Notes under the pieces: generated by a model | What the model saw: the letters and a program-made list of their open reading frames with translations, nothing else | What the model was told of the DNA's origin: nothing | Database searches by the model: none | Shown: positions 19,766 to 29,938 of the stretch, piece by piece | Layout of the letters: each line of letters opens with the position of its first letter | Position numbering within the stretch: position 1 is the stretch's first letter | Assembly (NCBI GenBank): GCA_965197895.1 | Contig: OZ240232.1 | Location: 228,211-292,210 of the forward strand | Source: Candidatus Versatilivoraceae bacterium | GTDB lineage: Bacteria > Acidobacteriota > Terriglobia > Versatilivoradales > Versatilivoraceae | Direction: 5' to 3' | DNA: 64,000 bases | Made by a program: the position numbers and the translations under genes

Positions 19766-21208
19766 TCAAGCTATTATCTTGTGGGCGACCACGCCGTGAA
19801 CATCGGTTAGACGAAAGTCACGGCCGCCATGGCGGTAGGTGAGGCTCTCGTGATCCAGACCGAGCAGGTGAAGAATGGTCGCATGGAGGTCGTGGATGTG
19901 CATGCGGTCTTCCACGGCGTGGTAACCGAATTCGTCGGTCGCCCCGTAAATGGTTCCCGGCTTGACGCCGCCACCGGCCATCCACATGGTATATCCGTAG
20001 GGGTTATGGTCGCGCCCGTCGTGCTGAGCAAAGGGCGTGCGACCGAACTCACCTCCCCAAATGACCAGCGTGTCCTTCAGAAGTCCTCGAGCCTTGAGAT
20101 CGGTCAGCAGTCCCGCGATGGGTTTGTCCACCTCCCGGGCATTCTGAGCGTGAAGCCGGGCCAAATCGCTATGCTGGTCCCACTTGTAACTATGCCAGCA
20201 GCGCACCACCCGAACGCCTCGTTCGACCAATCGGCGGGCCAGCAGCAATTGCCAACCATAATCATGGGTGCGCTGGTCATCCAAACCGTAGAGTTTTTTG
20301 GTGGCCTCCGATTCCTGCTTGATCTCCAGGACCTGCGGGGCTTCCATCTGCATGCGAAAGGCCAGTTCGAATGACTGAATGCGAGCCTCCAGTTTCGGGT
20401 CGAAATCGTTGTTGAGGGCGTTGCGCCGGTTGATTTTTTGCAGCATCTCCAACTCGTAGCGCTGTTGCTCGGACGTTGCACCCTGATGGGTCAGGTGCTC
20501 AATGGGATTGTCCTTGACGTCTGCGACCTGGGTCGTGTCGTTGCTAATGGGAGTCCCCTGATAGACTCCCGGGAGAAAGCCGGAATGCCAGTTCCTGGCT
20601 CCCCCATGGTAGAAGGAAGGTTTGATTTCAATGTATCCCGGAAGATTTTGATTTTCGGTTCCCAAACCATAAAAAATCCAGGAACCCATGCTGGGGAGGG
20701 TGAAGTTGAGCGTACCGGTATTGAGTTGTAACAAGGCCGCTCCGTGGTCCACGCCCTCGCCGACCATGGAGCGGATCACGCAGAGATCGTCGGCATGGGC
20801 TCCCACCTTTCGAAAGAGATCGCTGACCGGAATGCCGCTTTGTCCGTAGCGCCGGAAAGCGAAGGGTGATTTCATCAAGCCGCCCAGATCTTTGGGCGCA
20901 AACTGGAGCGACAGCTTGAAGGGAATGGGTTTGCCGTGATCCTTCTCCAGCCGAGGTTTGGGGTCGAAGGTGTCGACCTGAGATGGGCCGCCGTGCATGA
21001 ACACGAAAATGACCCGCTTGGCTCCGGGCCTGAATTGGGGAAGCTTGGGGGTGAGTGGATTTTGAGAGGCAGACCGGGCCAGCAAGCCGGACTCCTCGGC
21101 AAGTAGGGCGCTCAATCCCAGGGCACCGAAGCCACAGGCTGTGCGGCGCAGCATCGCCCGCCGCGAAAGGGGTTGGGGTAGCAGATCCATGGTTCCCTCA
21201 GTTGACAT
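19766..21208 (-). CDS. DUF1501 (sulfatase-fold) protein with twin-arginine signal
   Basis: The signal reads SRRAMLRRTACGFGALGLSAL. The start overlaps the stop of the upstream DUF1553 gene, forming the classic PSCyt/DUF1501 pair. Confidence 0.9.
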   Translation of the reverse strand: MSTEGTMDLLPQPLSRRAMLRRTACGFGALGLSALLAEESGLLARSASQNPLTPKLPQFRPGAKRVIFVFMHGGPSQVDTFDPKPRLEKDHGKPIPFKLSLQFAPKDLGGLMKSPFAFRRYGQSGIPVSDLFRKVGAHADDLCVIRSMVGEGVDHGAALLQLNTGTLNFTLPSMGSWIFYGLGTENQNLPGYIEIKPSFYHGGARNWHSGFLPGVYQGTPISNDTTQVADVKDNPIEHLTHQGATSEQQRYELEMLQKINRRNALNNDFDPKLEARIQSFELAFRMQMEAPQVLEIKQESEATKKLYGLDDQRTHDYGWQLLLARRLVERGVRVVRCWHSYKWDQHSDLARLHAQNAREVDKPIAGLLTDLKARGLLKDTLVIWGGEFGRTPFAQHDGRDHNPYGYTMWMAGGGVKPGTIYGATDEFGYHAVEDRMHIHDLHATILHLLGLDHESLTYRHGGRDFRLTDVHGVVAHKIIA

Positions 21209-24011
21209 AGTTGAATTCGTTGGACGTCATCAGAATTCGACAGAGACTTTGCCAAGCGTCGAGGTAAGGGTCCCGGTCTTTTGCGGTTCCGGCAGGGTAT
21301 TTCTGCAAATAGAGCAGCGCCTCCTCGACCTCCTCTGGTGTGGCCGGTCGGGTCAAGGTGATCCGGTAAGCCCTCCGAACACGCTGGGAGTCCTCCAGGT
21401 GCTTCTCCGCGATCAAATACTGGGCCAGAGAGCGTGACCGGTCAGCCACGTTTTCGCTATTCATCATATAGAGCGCCTGGGTTGCCACGTTGCTTTCGGT
21501 CCGCTTGGCCGAGCTGGAGGAACTGTTGGCGAAATCGAACAGCTTCATGACGCCGGGAATCTTATTGCGAATGACGGGAACGTAAACGCTGCGCCGGCGG
21601 GTTTCATTGGGATGAAAAGCCTGCTCCGGGCCCTTCTGAGCGTAATCCATCTCCCGGGAACCCAGAGTGCCGCCCAGGGTCAGGTCCAAGGAACGATCCA
21701 AGGCAAGGAAGGCATCGCGCATTTCTTCCACCGTGAGCCGGCGCCGTCTGGCGCGAGACCAGAGTCGATGGTCCAGATCGGATTCCCTGGTCTCGGGAGA
21801 AGCCTGACTGCTCTGTTGATAGGTGTTGGACAGCAGCAGAAGCCGGTGCATGGCTTTGGTGGACCATCCACTCCGAACGAACCGCCGCGCCAGATAATCC
21901 AGCAACTGCGGGTGAGTGGGCTTTTCCCCGGTGGTGCCGAAATTATTGGGCGTGCGCACCAGCCCTTCGCCGAAGTGCCACTGCCAGATGCGATTGACCA
22001 TCACCCGGCTGGTCAGGGGATGGTCGGGCCCAGTCAACCACTCGGCCAACTCTCTGCGTCCGCTGCCCCGGGTGATGGGTGTTTGCCGACTGCCGGCCAG
22101 CACCACCGGGAACTGCTTGGCTACCGGCTCTCCCGGTGTCTGGTAACTGCCTCGGATAAACACCTTCTGTTCGACGCTTTTCCCCTCGGCTACGGCTGAA
22201 ACGAGAGGTGGCTCGGGAGGTGAGGACTGCTTCAAGACTTCCACTTCCTGTCGCAACCCGGCAATTTGGTCCTTGACCTCCTTGAGGAGCAGTTCCTCCT
22301 TGTCCTCTTCATGAATGCCGAAAGGTCCGCTGTCGGCCTTGGATCCCGCCGCCTTGGGAGGAGGGCTGGTCACCGAGTTGAAGAAACGCCCCTCGACCGT
22401 GATGAACCCATCTTCGAACGCGGGTTTCTTGGGCGGGGCTTTGTCCTCCCGGACTGCCAAATTCACCGCCTGTTTCCATTGCCGCAGACGCTGGTGCCAA
22501 TCTCCTGCCAGTCCGTCGAACAGGTTCTGGTATTCCAGCGCAATCTCCCTGAGCCGCGACGGCTCGGCTTGATGCCACTTGTCCAGGTAAGGCCGAAAGG
22601 CGTTGCCCGGGCCAAGGTAGTCGATCCACCTCTTGAGCAGGTCCGGGTCCAGTTCCTCCTGTTTCGCGACCTCTTCCTGAGATTCTCCGCCTCGGTAAAT
22701 GCGGTGAGCCGCCAACATGTACTCGGCCAGATGAGGGTAGAGGTGCTCCTCAGCATACTCGGCCGCTCCGGTCAACACTATGGCCTGAATCTGGGCTTCT
22801 CGTCGCTTGATTTTGTCCTGGTGCCTCCGATAGCGCTCATAGATTTCCTTGGGAACCAGGGGCTCGAAGTAGAACTTGGACACGAAGGGCGGTTTCATGT
22901 CGGCCGGCTTCAGGACGCTAAAGCTGCGGGTGCTGGCAAAGATGGAAGCCAGTGAGTAGTAATCCCTGGTCGAAATCGGGTCGAACTTGTGGTCGTGGCA
23001 GCGAGCGCAGGCGATGGTCAGGCCCAGGAAGGTTTTGGAGAGGGTATCGATCTGCTCGTCCACCAGGTCGTAGAGCATTTTCATCTTGTCCTGCTGGGCG
23101 ATGGCGCGGGGGCCGACCGCCAGAAACCCGGTCCCCAAGAGGCCGCGAACGTTGGGGTGGCCCGGCTGGCTGGAGGGGTAGAGATCTCCGGCGATCTGGT
23201 CTTTGACGAATTGGTCGTAGGGAAGGTCTTGGTTGAAGCTGTCGATCACGTAGTCGCGGTATCGCCAAGCGTAGGGCATGGTGATGTCTTCGTCCAGGCC
23301 ACTGGAATCGGCGTAACGGACAACGTCCAGCCAGTGCCGGCCCCAGCGTTCCCCGTATCGGGGGGAGGCCAGTAGCCGATCAATGACTCGAGCCATAGCG
23401 CCCGGGGCTGTATCGGCCAGAAATTGCTCGATTTCGGTTTCACTTGGGGGCAAGCCATGAAGGTCAAAGGTGACGCGCCTGAGCAGGCTCAGCTTGTCGG
23501 CGCGAGGTGCCGGTTCGAGACCATTTCCCTCCAGCTTTTTCAGAATGAAGGCATCAACGGGTGTCCGAACCCAACTTCGATTATGGACCTGGGGCAGCGG
23601 CGGGTCTTGCAGACGCTGGAAAGACCACCAGGAGGAAAGACCGGCCAAACGGTGAGGGTCCTCCCCCCACGGCGCCCCGTCTTGAATCCATTGGCGAAGG
23701 ACCTCGATCTCTTCGGCCGAAAGGCTCCCTCCCACCGGCATTTTCAGCTCTCCATTCTGAAGGACCGCCTGGTAGAGTAGACTCTCTGCCGGTTGTCCGG
23801 GCACAACGGCAGGCCCACGATTTCCTCCCCTGAGCAGGAACTCCCGCTCTCGGAGATCCAGGCCCGAGTTGCCCGCCTCCCCATGACAAGCCAGGCAATG
23901 CTGCTCGAGGATTGCTCGGGCATTTTGAGCCAAGGATCCCTCAGCAGCCAGACCCGGGGCCGAGCCGGCCGACAAAATCAGGAGAAGGATGGGAAAGACT
24001 CTCGGACTCAC
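21198..24011 (-). CDS. DUF1549/DUF1553 protein with N-terminal Planctomycete-type cytochrome c domain (PSCyt1/PSCyt2/PSD1)
   Basis: Signal peptide followed by a CLACHG haem-binding motif. 937 aa. Confidence 0.9.
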   Translation of the reverse strand: MSPRVFPILLLILSAGSAPGLAAEGSLAQNARAILEQHCLACHGEAGNSGLDLREREFLLRGGNRGPAVVPGQPAESLLYQAVLQNGELKMPVGGSLSAEEIEVLRQWIQDGAPWGEDPHRLAGLSSWWSFQRLQDPPLPQVHNRSWVRTPVDAFILKKLEGNGLEPAPRADKLSLLRRVTFDLHGLPPSETEIEQFLADTAPGAMARVIDRLLASPRYGERWGRHWLDVVRYADSSGLDEDITMPYAWRYRDYVIDSFNQDLPYDQFVKDQIAGDLYPSSQPGHPNVRGLLGTGFLAVGPRAIAQQDKMKMLYDLVDEQIDTLSKTFLGLTIACARCHDHKFDPISTRDYYSLASIFASTRSFSVLKPADMKPPFVSKFYFEPLVPKEIYERYRRHQDKIKRREAQIQAIVLTGAAEYAEEHLYPHLAEYMLAAHRIYRGGESQEEVAKQEELDPDLLKRWIDYLGPGNAFRPYLDKWHQAEPSRLREIALEYQNLFDGLAGDWHQRLRQWKQAVNLAVREDKAPPKKPAFEDGFITVEGRFFNSVTSPPPKAAGSKADSGPFGIHEEDKEELLLKEVKDQIAGLRQEVEVLKQSSPPEPPLVSAVAEGKSVEQKVFIRGSYQTPGEPVAKQFPVVLAGSRQTPITRGSGRRELAEWLTGPDHPLTSRVMVNRIWQWHFGEGLVRTPNNFGTTGEKPTHPQLLDYLARRFVRSGWSTKAMHRLLLLSNTYQQSSQASPETRESDLDHRLWSRARRRRLTVEEMRDAFLALDRSLDLTLGGTLGSREMDYAQKGPEQAFHPNETRRRSVYVPVIRNKIPGVMKLFDFANSSSSSAKRTESNVATQALYMMNSENVADRSRSLAQYLIAEKHLEDSQRVRRAYRITLTRPATPEEVEEALLYLQKYPAGTAKDRDPYLDAWQSLCRILMTSNEFNYVN

Positions 24012-24132
24012 TCCAGGGCCCCCCGGTTTTTCGGTTGGACTTAGCCATTTTTGCGCCTACTATAGACGTTCATTCTAGCATAGGGCCTTTTGAGCGGATA
24101 ACGGCTTTCAGATCAGGCAGGTCAAACCGACA

Positions 24133-24423
24133 GTGGCAACCAGAGCGGGATTCCACCAGCAGGGATGGGTTCTTGTTTTCGAGACCACCGACGTGTCTCT
24201 GCTGATGGTGGTCAAATCGGTGCTGGATGACGCCGGCATCGACTATATGGTGCAGGGCGAGGAAGCCTCTTCGCTTCTACCCCTGGGTCCCTTTGGGCAG
24301 GGCCTCAGCCGCCACGGCTTCGGCGCCAGAATCCACGTCCCCGAAGACCAAGCCTCGGATGCTGAGGAAGTGCTGGCCGTTCTGGACAACGAGCCCACGG
24401 ACGATGCGGACGCCGAGACTTGA
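24133..24423 (+). CDS. DUF2007 (putative signal-transducing) small protein
   Basis: WVLVFETTDVSLLMVVKSVLDDAGIDY matches the DUF2007 core. GTG start, so the exact start is uncertain. Confidence 0.5.
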   Translation: MATRAGFHQQGWVLVFETTDVSLLMVVKSVLDDAGIDYMVQGEEASSLLPLGPFGQGLSRHGFGARIHVPEDQASDAEEVLAVLDNEPTDDADAET

Positions 24424-24561
24424 TCCCCTTGTTCTCATCCACGACGCCGGGACCGCTCACGGTTCTCATTGCAGAGCCGTTTGAGCAGGGTTCCGATGGC
24501 GGCCGGCGGCGCTTCCGGCAACCGCTTTGACCGCCGGGGCAGGAACTGAGGAGGTGCTCTC

Positions 24562-25641
24562 TTGATCGATTGGACCCAAATTGGCGAGCACGCGACTCGC
24601 TACACGGGTGTAGGCCTCAAAATTGGTGGCCTGCTTCTGATGGCCTGGATTGCCTCTCGCCTGATTCATCGCTATGTGCCCAGGGTGCGGATGCGGTTGG
24701 TCAGGGTCATGCAGGCCCGACGGCCGGAGCCGGACCTCGAGTTGGAGAAACGGGCCGCCACGCTGGGGGGCATTTTCCGAAAGACGGTGGTGGTGGTGAT
24801 CTGGGTGGTGGTCTTCATGATGGCCCTGGAGGAAGCGGGCTTCAACGTAGGGCCTCTGCTGGCCGGGGCCGGGGTCGCGGGGCTGGCTGTCGGCTTCGGG
24901 GCTCAGAACCTGGTACGGGACGTGATTTCGGGATTGTTCCTGTTGATGGAGAATCAAATCCGCGTCAACGACGTTGCCGTCATCAACGGCACCGGCGGAC
25001 TGGTGGAGGAGATCAACCTGAGGACCACCGTGCTGCGAAGCCTGGACGGCACCGTTCACATCTTTCCCAACGGCGCCATCACCACCCTGTCCAACATGAC
25101 CCAGGAATATTCCTACTATGTCTTCAACATCGGCGTGGCCTACAAGGAGGATACCGACCACGTCTCGGCGGTGGTCAAGGAACTGGCCGACGAAATGATG
25201 CAGGAGGAGACCTATCGATCCTTCATTCTGGCGCCGCTGGAGGTGATGGGGGTGGATCAGTTCGCCGATTCCGCCGTCATGATCAAGGCCCGCATCAAGA
25301 CCGCACCCATCAAGCAGTGGATGGTCGGCCGGGAGATGAACCGCCGCATCAAGAAGAAGTTCGACGAGCTGGGCATCGAGATTCCCTTCCCCCACCGCTC
25401 CCTCTATTTCGGCGAGGCCAGCAAGGCCTTCGCCACCCGGTCGGCCGGTCACGATCCCGGCGAGACCAAGGCCACGATCAAAGAAGTGCTGGAGGAAAAG
25501 GGCCTGCGGACCGGAAAGGTGGAGCCTCCGGCCCCCAAGCCGGAGGTTCGCCGCCCGCCGGCCAAGCCGCCCGCCGCCCGCCGCCCCGCCCGCCCGGCTC
25601 CCCTGGGAGAAAGCACGGGCGACTCTGAGAGTTTCGAATGA
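24562..25641 (+). CDS. MscS-family mechanosensitive channel
   Basis: Three TM helices followed by NLVRDVISGLFLLMENQIRVNDVAVINGTGGLVEEINLRTTVLRSLDG. TTG start with a GAGGAGG SD. Pro/Ala/Arg-rich C-terminal tail. Confidence 0.85.
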   Translation: MIDWTQIGEHATRYTGVGLKIGGLLLMAWIASRLIHRYVPRVRMRLVRVMQARRPEPDLELEKRAATLGGIFRKTVVVVIWVVVFMMALEEAGFNVGPLLAGAGVAGLAVGFGAQNLVRDVISGLFLLMENQIRVNDVAVINGTGGLVEEINLRTTVLRSLDGTVHIFPNGAITTLSNMTQEYSYYVFNIGVAYKEDTDHVSAVVKELADEMMQEETYRSFILAPLEVMGVDQFADSAVMIKARIKTAPIKQWMVGREMNRRIKKKFDELGIEIPFPHRSLYFGEASKAFATRSAGHDPGETKATIKEVLEEKGLRTGKVEPPAPKPEVRRPPAKPPAARRPARPAPLGESTGDSESFE

Positions 25642-25914
25642 TCCAGGGAGGGGTCCCCGGCAATACTCAAAGTAGGGGTTTTAGGGCGAAGCAGGCCTTG
25701 GGCCGGGGGGAGCGGGCGCTGCCGCTGCTGCCCGAAGCCCGAGGAGTAGGGCCCCGAATGAATGCGACCAGGATGTTGCTTGAGGATTCGGGGACGGACG
25801 GCCCAAAGAGTCCCAAGGAGGCAATGGGAAGGCCGCTTACCAGACCTTCCCTGGCAGTGGGACTGTCAGGTGATTACCGTCACTGTACAGACACGGGCGG
25901 ACCAGAGGTAAGTG

Positions 25915-26440
25915 GGGCCCCCGCCCCCCAGGACGGGGCGGATCATTCGAGGGTGAAACAACGGATCCTTATGGCCTGTCGCGAGTAGGGACCATGTCCC
26001 GTTAATCGGGTTTGCTGCATTAGGGAACATCGATAGACAGGATAGACAGGATAAACAGGACGAGAAGCTGTTGCACAGGAAGCCGACTCGCTCGATGATC
26101 GGGTGCGCGTTTGAAGTGATCCAGTAGCTTGAGAGCGGGTTTTCGGAATCCTTGTTGAAGAAAAGGTGATGGTCGAACTCAAGGGGGTGAAAACTCTCGT
26201 CCCGGAGCATGCAGCCCAGACCATCAACAAACCATCCTGTTTATCCTGTCCATCGATGTTAATCAGGGATCGACTCATGCTCGACGCCGAGACCCAACGC
26301 CGGGAATTGTAGGGTGTGGCTCCGTGTCCTTCCCGGATAACCCCCACAAGTTGTCAATTCCTCTCCAACCCCCTTTCTTTCAATCTGTTGAACCGGTTTT
26401 CCGTCACCCGAACCCAGGTTTGTTTCAGATAAGTATAGCC
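25915..26440 (-). repeat. inverted copy of the ~490-bp repeat unit
   Basis: Reverse complement of the 16805-17885 array consensus. Confidence 0.75.
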
Positions 26441-26450
26441 CGAGCCGGAT

Positions 26451-26972
26451 TTAGTCGAGAATAGACTCTTTCTGACTCTCTTCTCTGAAATCCCCCGCAG
26501 CGCGAATGACGTAACGACGGAAAGAATCGTTCGGTTCACAATTGGGAAGGTGGCGGCATATGGCCTCCATGGCTTTCTGTAGAACCTTAGAATCTTCGTA
26601 CCTGATATATTCACCCAACACCCCGTTCCTGATCTTTTGATCGATTTCGTGCTCCATGATGACCAGTTCAATTCTACTGATCTGAAGTTCACTCCTTATT
26701 CCGTTCAAACCGACCAACAGAAGTTCCGTGGCTATCTCATGCTCTGCCAGCACGTCATTCCGTAGTTGAGAGGATTTACTGATCTCGGTATTGATTACTC
26801 TGTTTAGGGCAGACACTTTTTTCCAAAGAACGACCACTTTGCTATAAAGATCACCTATTTTCTTTTGCAATCTTCTTTTTTCGGGGTTGGTAAAATCGCC
26901 TGGGATTTCCTTCAGTTTTTTTTCAGTTTTATTATATGAGCCTTTTGCAAAATTCGGAATCGGGCATGACAT
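26451..26972 (-). CDS. hypothetical protein in AT-rich islet
   Basis: ~174 aa (MSCPIPNFAKGSYNKTEKKLKEIPG...). Conspicuously low GC. Sits between a repeat copy and an IS. Weak SD. Confidence 0.35.
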   Translation of the reverse strand: MSCPIPNFAKGSYNKTEKKLKEIPGDFTNPEKRRLQKKIGDLYSKVVVLWKKVSALNRVINTEISKSSQLRNDVLAEHEIATELLLVGLNGIRSELQISRIELVIMEHEIDQKIRNGVLGEYIRYEDSKVLQKAMEAICRHLPNCEPNDSFRRYVIRAAGDFREESQKESILD

Positions 26973-27099
26973 TGGGCTGGCAAAGGTGATGTTCCGCTGG
27001 TGACTACCCGACAGTAAAGACACTTCTGAACGGAAATACCTGGATCTGATGGCCAGATCGCCAGCGGTCGCCGGGCGCGGGCACAGCTTGCCCTCTGCC

Positions 27100-28350
27100 T
27101 GCCCTACGGCGGGCAAACCTGCTGCCTGTTCGGGGTGGCGGCCGAGTCTTCAGAGCGTCAGACGCATCAACTGTTCCACCGTCAGCGCGAGAATGCCGAA
27201 CATCAGGTGGCACATCACCTTGCCAGGGCCGCGAACCCTCACATGCCGCCCGCCAAATTCGTCCTTGAGCCGCCCGTTCACCCGCTCCACGGTCGAGCGT
27301 TGGCGGTAGCGTTGCGCCTCAGGAGACACGTGACCGATACAGCGCTGCGCCAGCGCCTCCCGCTTCCGCTCGGCTTTCACCTCCGGTCGCCTGCGGGGGT
27401 TGACGTCAATGATCGGCACATGGCCCAGCGTCTCACTGAAGGCCCGGATCTCGGGCGCGTCATAGGCGCTGTCCATCAAGTCGTAGAGGCTGTCGACCCG
27501 GCTCGCCGTCAGCCTCGCCAGCGGGATGGCCGCCTGACTGTCATGCACCGACGCCGAGGTGAGCAGGCAACTGACCGGAATCCCGCCGTCGATCGCGTCC
27601 AGGTGCAGTTTGTAGCCGGTCCAGCTCTCCTGATGCCCCTTGGCGTTGCGCTTGACACCGATGTCGCAGACCTTCGGCAGGTCCTTCAGCATCTCCTGCA
27701 GCGTCATCGACGCCTGCCGCTCCAGGCGGCGCGGCTCCTTCGGCCGTTGCTCGCCCTTCCGCGGCCGGCCCCGCCTTCGCTTCCGCTTACCCGTCGGGGC
27801 GCGCTTGGGCGCCGGCGACTCGCGTCCCGGGATGGCGGTGGAGTCCCTCGACACGTGGCCCGCCAGATGGCCCTCCAGCGTTCGGTCCAGCAGCGCCTCG
27901 TGCAGGCGCCCCGGCAGGTCGCTCTCAGCGAATGCCGCAAACGCGCGAGAGAAGGTCGCCTCGCTCGGCACCGCCCGCGCCCCCTCCCAGCCGCACAGCC
28001 GGCGCAGCAGGCCTTCCGTCCTCAGCCGCTCCACCAGCGCCCGCGTGGTAGGCATGTCCAGCACCGCCTTCGCCAGAAAGGCCCGCGCCAGCGCCGCCCG
28101 ATCCTCCAGCGGACGACCCCGCCAGCCCCGGCTGTAGGGCAGCGACTCCTCCACCCGCACCAACTCCAACACCCGGACCAGCCGCTCGTAGCGCTCGCCC
28201 AAGGGGCCCAGAGCCTCCTCCAGCCAGGGGAACAGCTCCCGTTGAAAGGTGAACCAGTGTCGTGATAGGGTTTGTTTAAGGGACAAGTTCTACCTCCGTT
28301 CATCATGTGGACTACGCACCTCCATGATACAACAGAGTGTGGACTTGTCC
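27100..28350 (-). mobile_element. IS5/IS4-family insertion sequence (approximate ends)
   Basis: Contains the transposase gene 27150..28286. A GGGACAAGT/ACTTGTCCC hairpin lies at 28287-28347 near the presumed left end. Confidence 0.6.
27150..28286 (-). CDS. DDE transposase, IS5/IS4 family (DDE_Tnp_1 type)
   Basis: 378 aa. Carries a KR-rich linker, D..YD..H.....A.VERVNGRLK and a C-terminal YRQRSTVER.NGRLKDEFG signature. Confidence 0.9.
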   Translation of the reverse strand: MSLKQTLSRHWFTFQRELFPWLEEALGPLGERYERLVRVLELVRVEESLPYSRGWRGRPLEDRAALARAFLAKAVLDMPTTRALVERLRTEGLLRRLCGWEGARAVPSEATFSRAFAAFAESDLPGRLHEALLDRTLEGHLAGHVSRDSTAIPGRESPAPKRAPTGKRKRRRGRPRKGEQRPKEPRRLERQASMTLQEMLKDLPKVCDIGVKRNAKGHQESWTGYKLHLDAIDGGIPVSCLLTSASVHDSQAAIPLARLTASRVDSLYDLMDSAYDAPEIRAFSETLGHVPIIDVNPRRRPEVKAERKREALAQRCIGHVSPEAQRYRQRSTVERVNGRLKDEFGGRHVRVRGPGKVMCHLMFGILALTVEQLMRLTL

Positions 28351-28429
28351 CTCGATTCACCTATCCCCTTACCCCTCCCGGCAAAAAAATCTCGCTACCT
28401 GCGGAATTTTGCAAAAGGCTCATATTGAT

Positions 28430-28572
28430 ATTCACTAATTTTATTGCTTTGATGAGTTCATCCTTTGCTTTTCAAGGTCTTTGAGCTTTTGCGGAATGAC
28501 CACTTCACCGCAAACAGAGCTTACGGACAGGGCGATAAAAAGAGCAAGGATCGATAGGGATAAGAATTTCAT
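28430..28572 (-). CDS. putative 47-aa secreted peptide
   Basis: ATG at 28572 with a GGAGG SD. MKFLSLSILALFIALSVSSVCG is signal-like. AT-rich. Not in the ORF track because it is shorter than 60 aa. Confidence 0.2.
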
Positions 28573-28789
28573 GACGCCTCCATGGTCGCTTTGGATCAAT
28601 ACAAACGTGGTCCGGAGAAAACCGGACAGGCTCTTAAAAGTGGAATCCCTCGGGGTGGATCATGCCGCTACCTGAAGCGGCCGCTGCTCAGAGAGAATAG
28701 GTCGTCCGGCGTTGGCCGGTCAATGAACCCGATGACTCCCCTTGCTTTTCTTCGCCTTCTTGTGTGTTTTCCTGCTCATATTACCATGG

Positions 28790-28990
28790 AGAAGCCGGTG
28801 GGAGACACACGGGGCCCCGGCTCCGGTCGGGCTCGTCCTTCCTTCGCTGGGCCCCTCACTACCTCCTCAGGTCCTGATGGAGACACTCACCCCAAGAGGG
28901 GCTATACTCATCCTCAACAGCAGAGCTCCACAACTGAGGAATACACCTTAATTCTGCCAATCAGCTGTCTAAAAAACGGGACCACCTCAA
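28790..28990 (-). repeat. IS3-terminal-region-like repeat (solo)
   Basis: Its reverse complement aligns, with one indel, to 63303-63475, the segment between DUF4276 and the IS3 OrfB stop. Confidence 0.55.
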
Positions 28991-29063
28991 TGACAACCCT
29001 CACCGAAGCCGAAGTTGAAACCGCCATAGCCTTAATGCAAGTTAATGCAAGTGAGGTAACCCA

Positions 29064-29291
29064 ATGACAGACTGGGAGAAATGCTCCGCGGTCGAACGCG
29101 ACCCGGATAAGCTCAGTGATGCTTGGGTGTTTCGTGGGACGCGAGTGCCGGTGTCCGCCCTGTTCGAGAATCTCAAGGACGGCGCGACGGTGGAACAGTT
29201 CCTTGAGTGGTTCCCCGGCGTCGATGGCCGGAAGGTGGAAGCTGTCCTTGCCCACGAAGTGAGTTCGCTGGCGGGTGGGGTGCGCTCTTGA
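29064..29291 (+). CDS. DUF433 antitoxin-like protein
   Basis: 75 aa; the WVFRGTRVPVSALFENLKDGATVEQFLEWFPGV core is typical of DUF433. Confidence 0.75.
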   Translation: MTDWEKCSAVERDPDKLSDAWVFRGTRVPVSALFENLKDGATVEQFLEWFPGVDGRKVEAVLAHEVSSLAGGVRS

Positions 29292-29533
29292 GGGTCTTGT
29301 TTGACCAGGGCGCCCCCGCTCCTCTCCGGCGTTACCTGGACGAGCACTCAGTCGACACCGCCTTCGAGATGGGCTGGTCCAACGCCCATACCGGCGAGTT
29401 GCTGGACCGAGCCGAAGATGGCGGCGACGAACTTCTCATCACCACGGATCAACAGTTGCGTCATCAACAGAATCTTGCCACTCGGCAACTGGCAGTGCTT
29501 GTACTGCTGTCGACTTCATGGCCTCGCATGTGA
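29288..29533 (+). CDS. DUF5615 (PIN-like/Mut7-C fold) toxin-like protein
   Basis: TTG start at 29288 overlaps the DUF433 TGA stop (TTGA). LRVLFDQGAPAPLRRYLDEHSVDTAFEMGWSNAHTGELLDRAEDGGDELLITTDQ fits DUF5615. Confidence 0.7.
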   Translation: MRVLFDQGAPAPLRRYLDEHSVDTAFEMGWSNAHTGELLDRAEDGGDELLITTDQQLRHQQNLATRQLAVLVLLSTSWPRM

Positions 29534-29938
29534 TCCAGGATCTACGCGATTCGGGAGGCCGTCAGCCAAATGCACTTGGCGATTACCGAGAGGTGGCGAT
29601 TTGATAGCTGCCCGCGGCTCCGTACTACGTAACCCAGTAGCCCATCGCTGATATCCCAAAAGCGGGACGAGTTGCTCCATGACCATCATCACCGAGGCCG
29701 ACTTTGAGCAGGTCGCCCTCGAGTGGCTGTCCGGCGTGGGCTGGCAGGTTGCGCACGGGCGTGATTGGCGCGCTGCTGAAGCGCCGTATCCAGCAGAGCC
29801 GCCTTGGTTGCCGCCCGAAGGAGAACCGGTTTCGATGGTCCGCCCTCCGGAGCGGGAGTATAATCCAAGCAGTGGGGTCGTCAGGCGCTGTCGGAGCCAA
29901 GCCTCTCCGACCATCCCTTGAAATCACGGCCAGATATC

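Noticed and set aside
24466-25628. 328-aa minus ORF and 352-aa alternative plus frame overlapping mscS
   Set aside because: GC-rich alternative frames. The MscS frame has clear family motifs and a TTG start with SD.
27135-28265. 376-aa plus ORF opposite the IS5-family transposase
   Set aside because: Arg/Pro-rich antisense frame. The transposase frame carries the DDE signatures.
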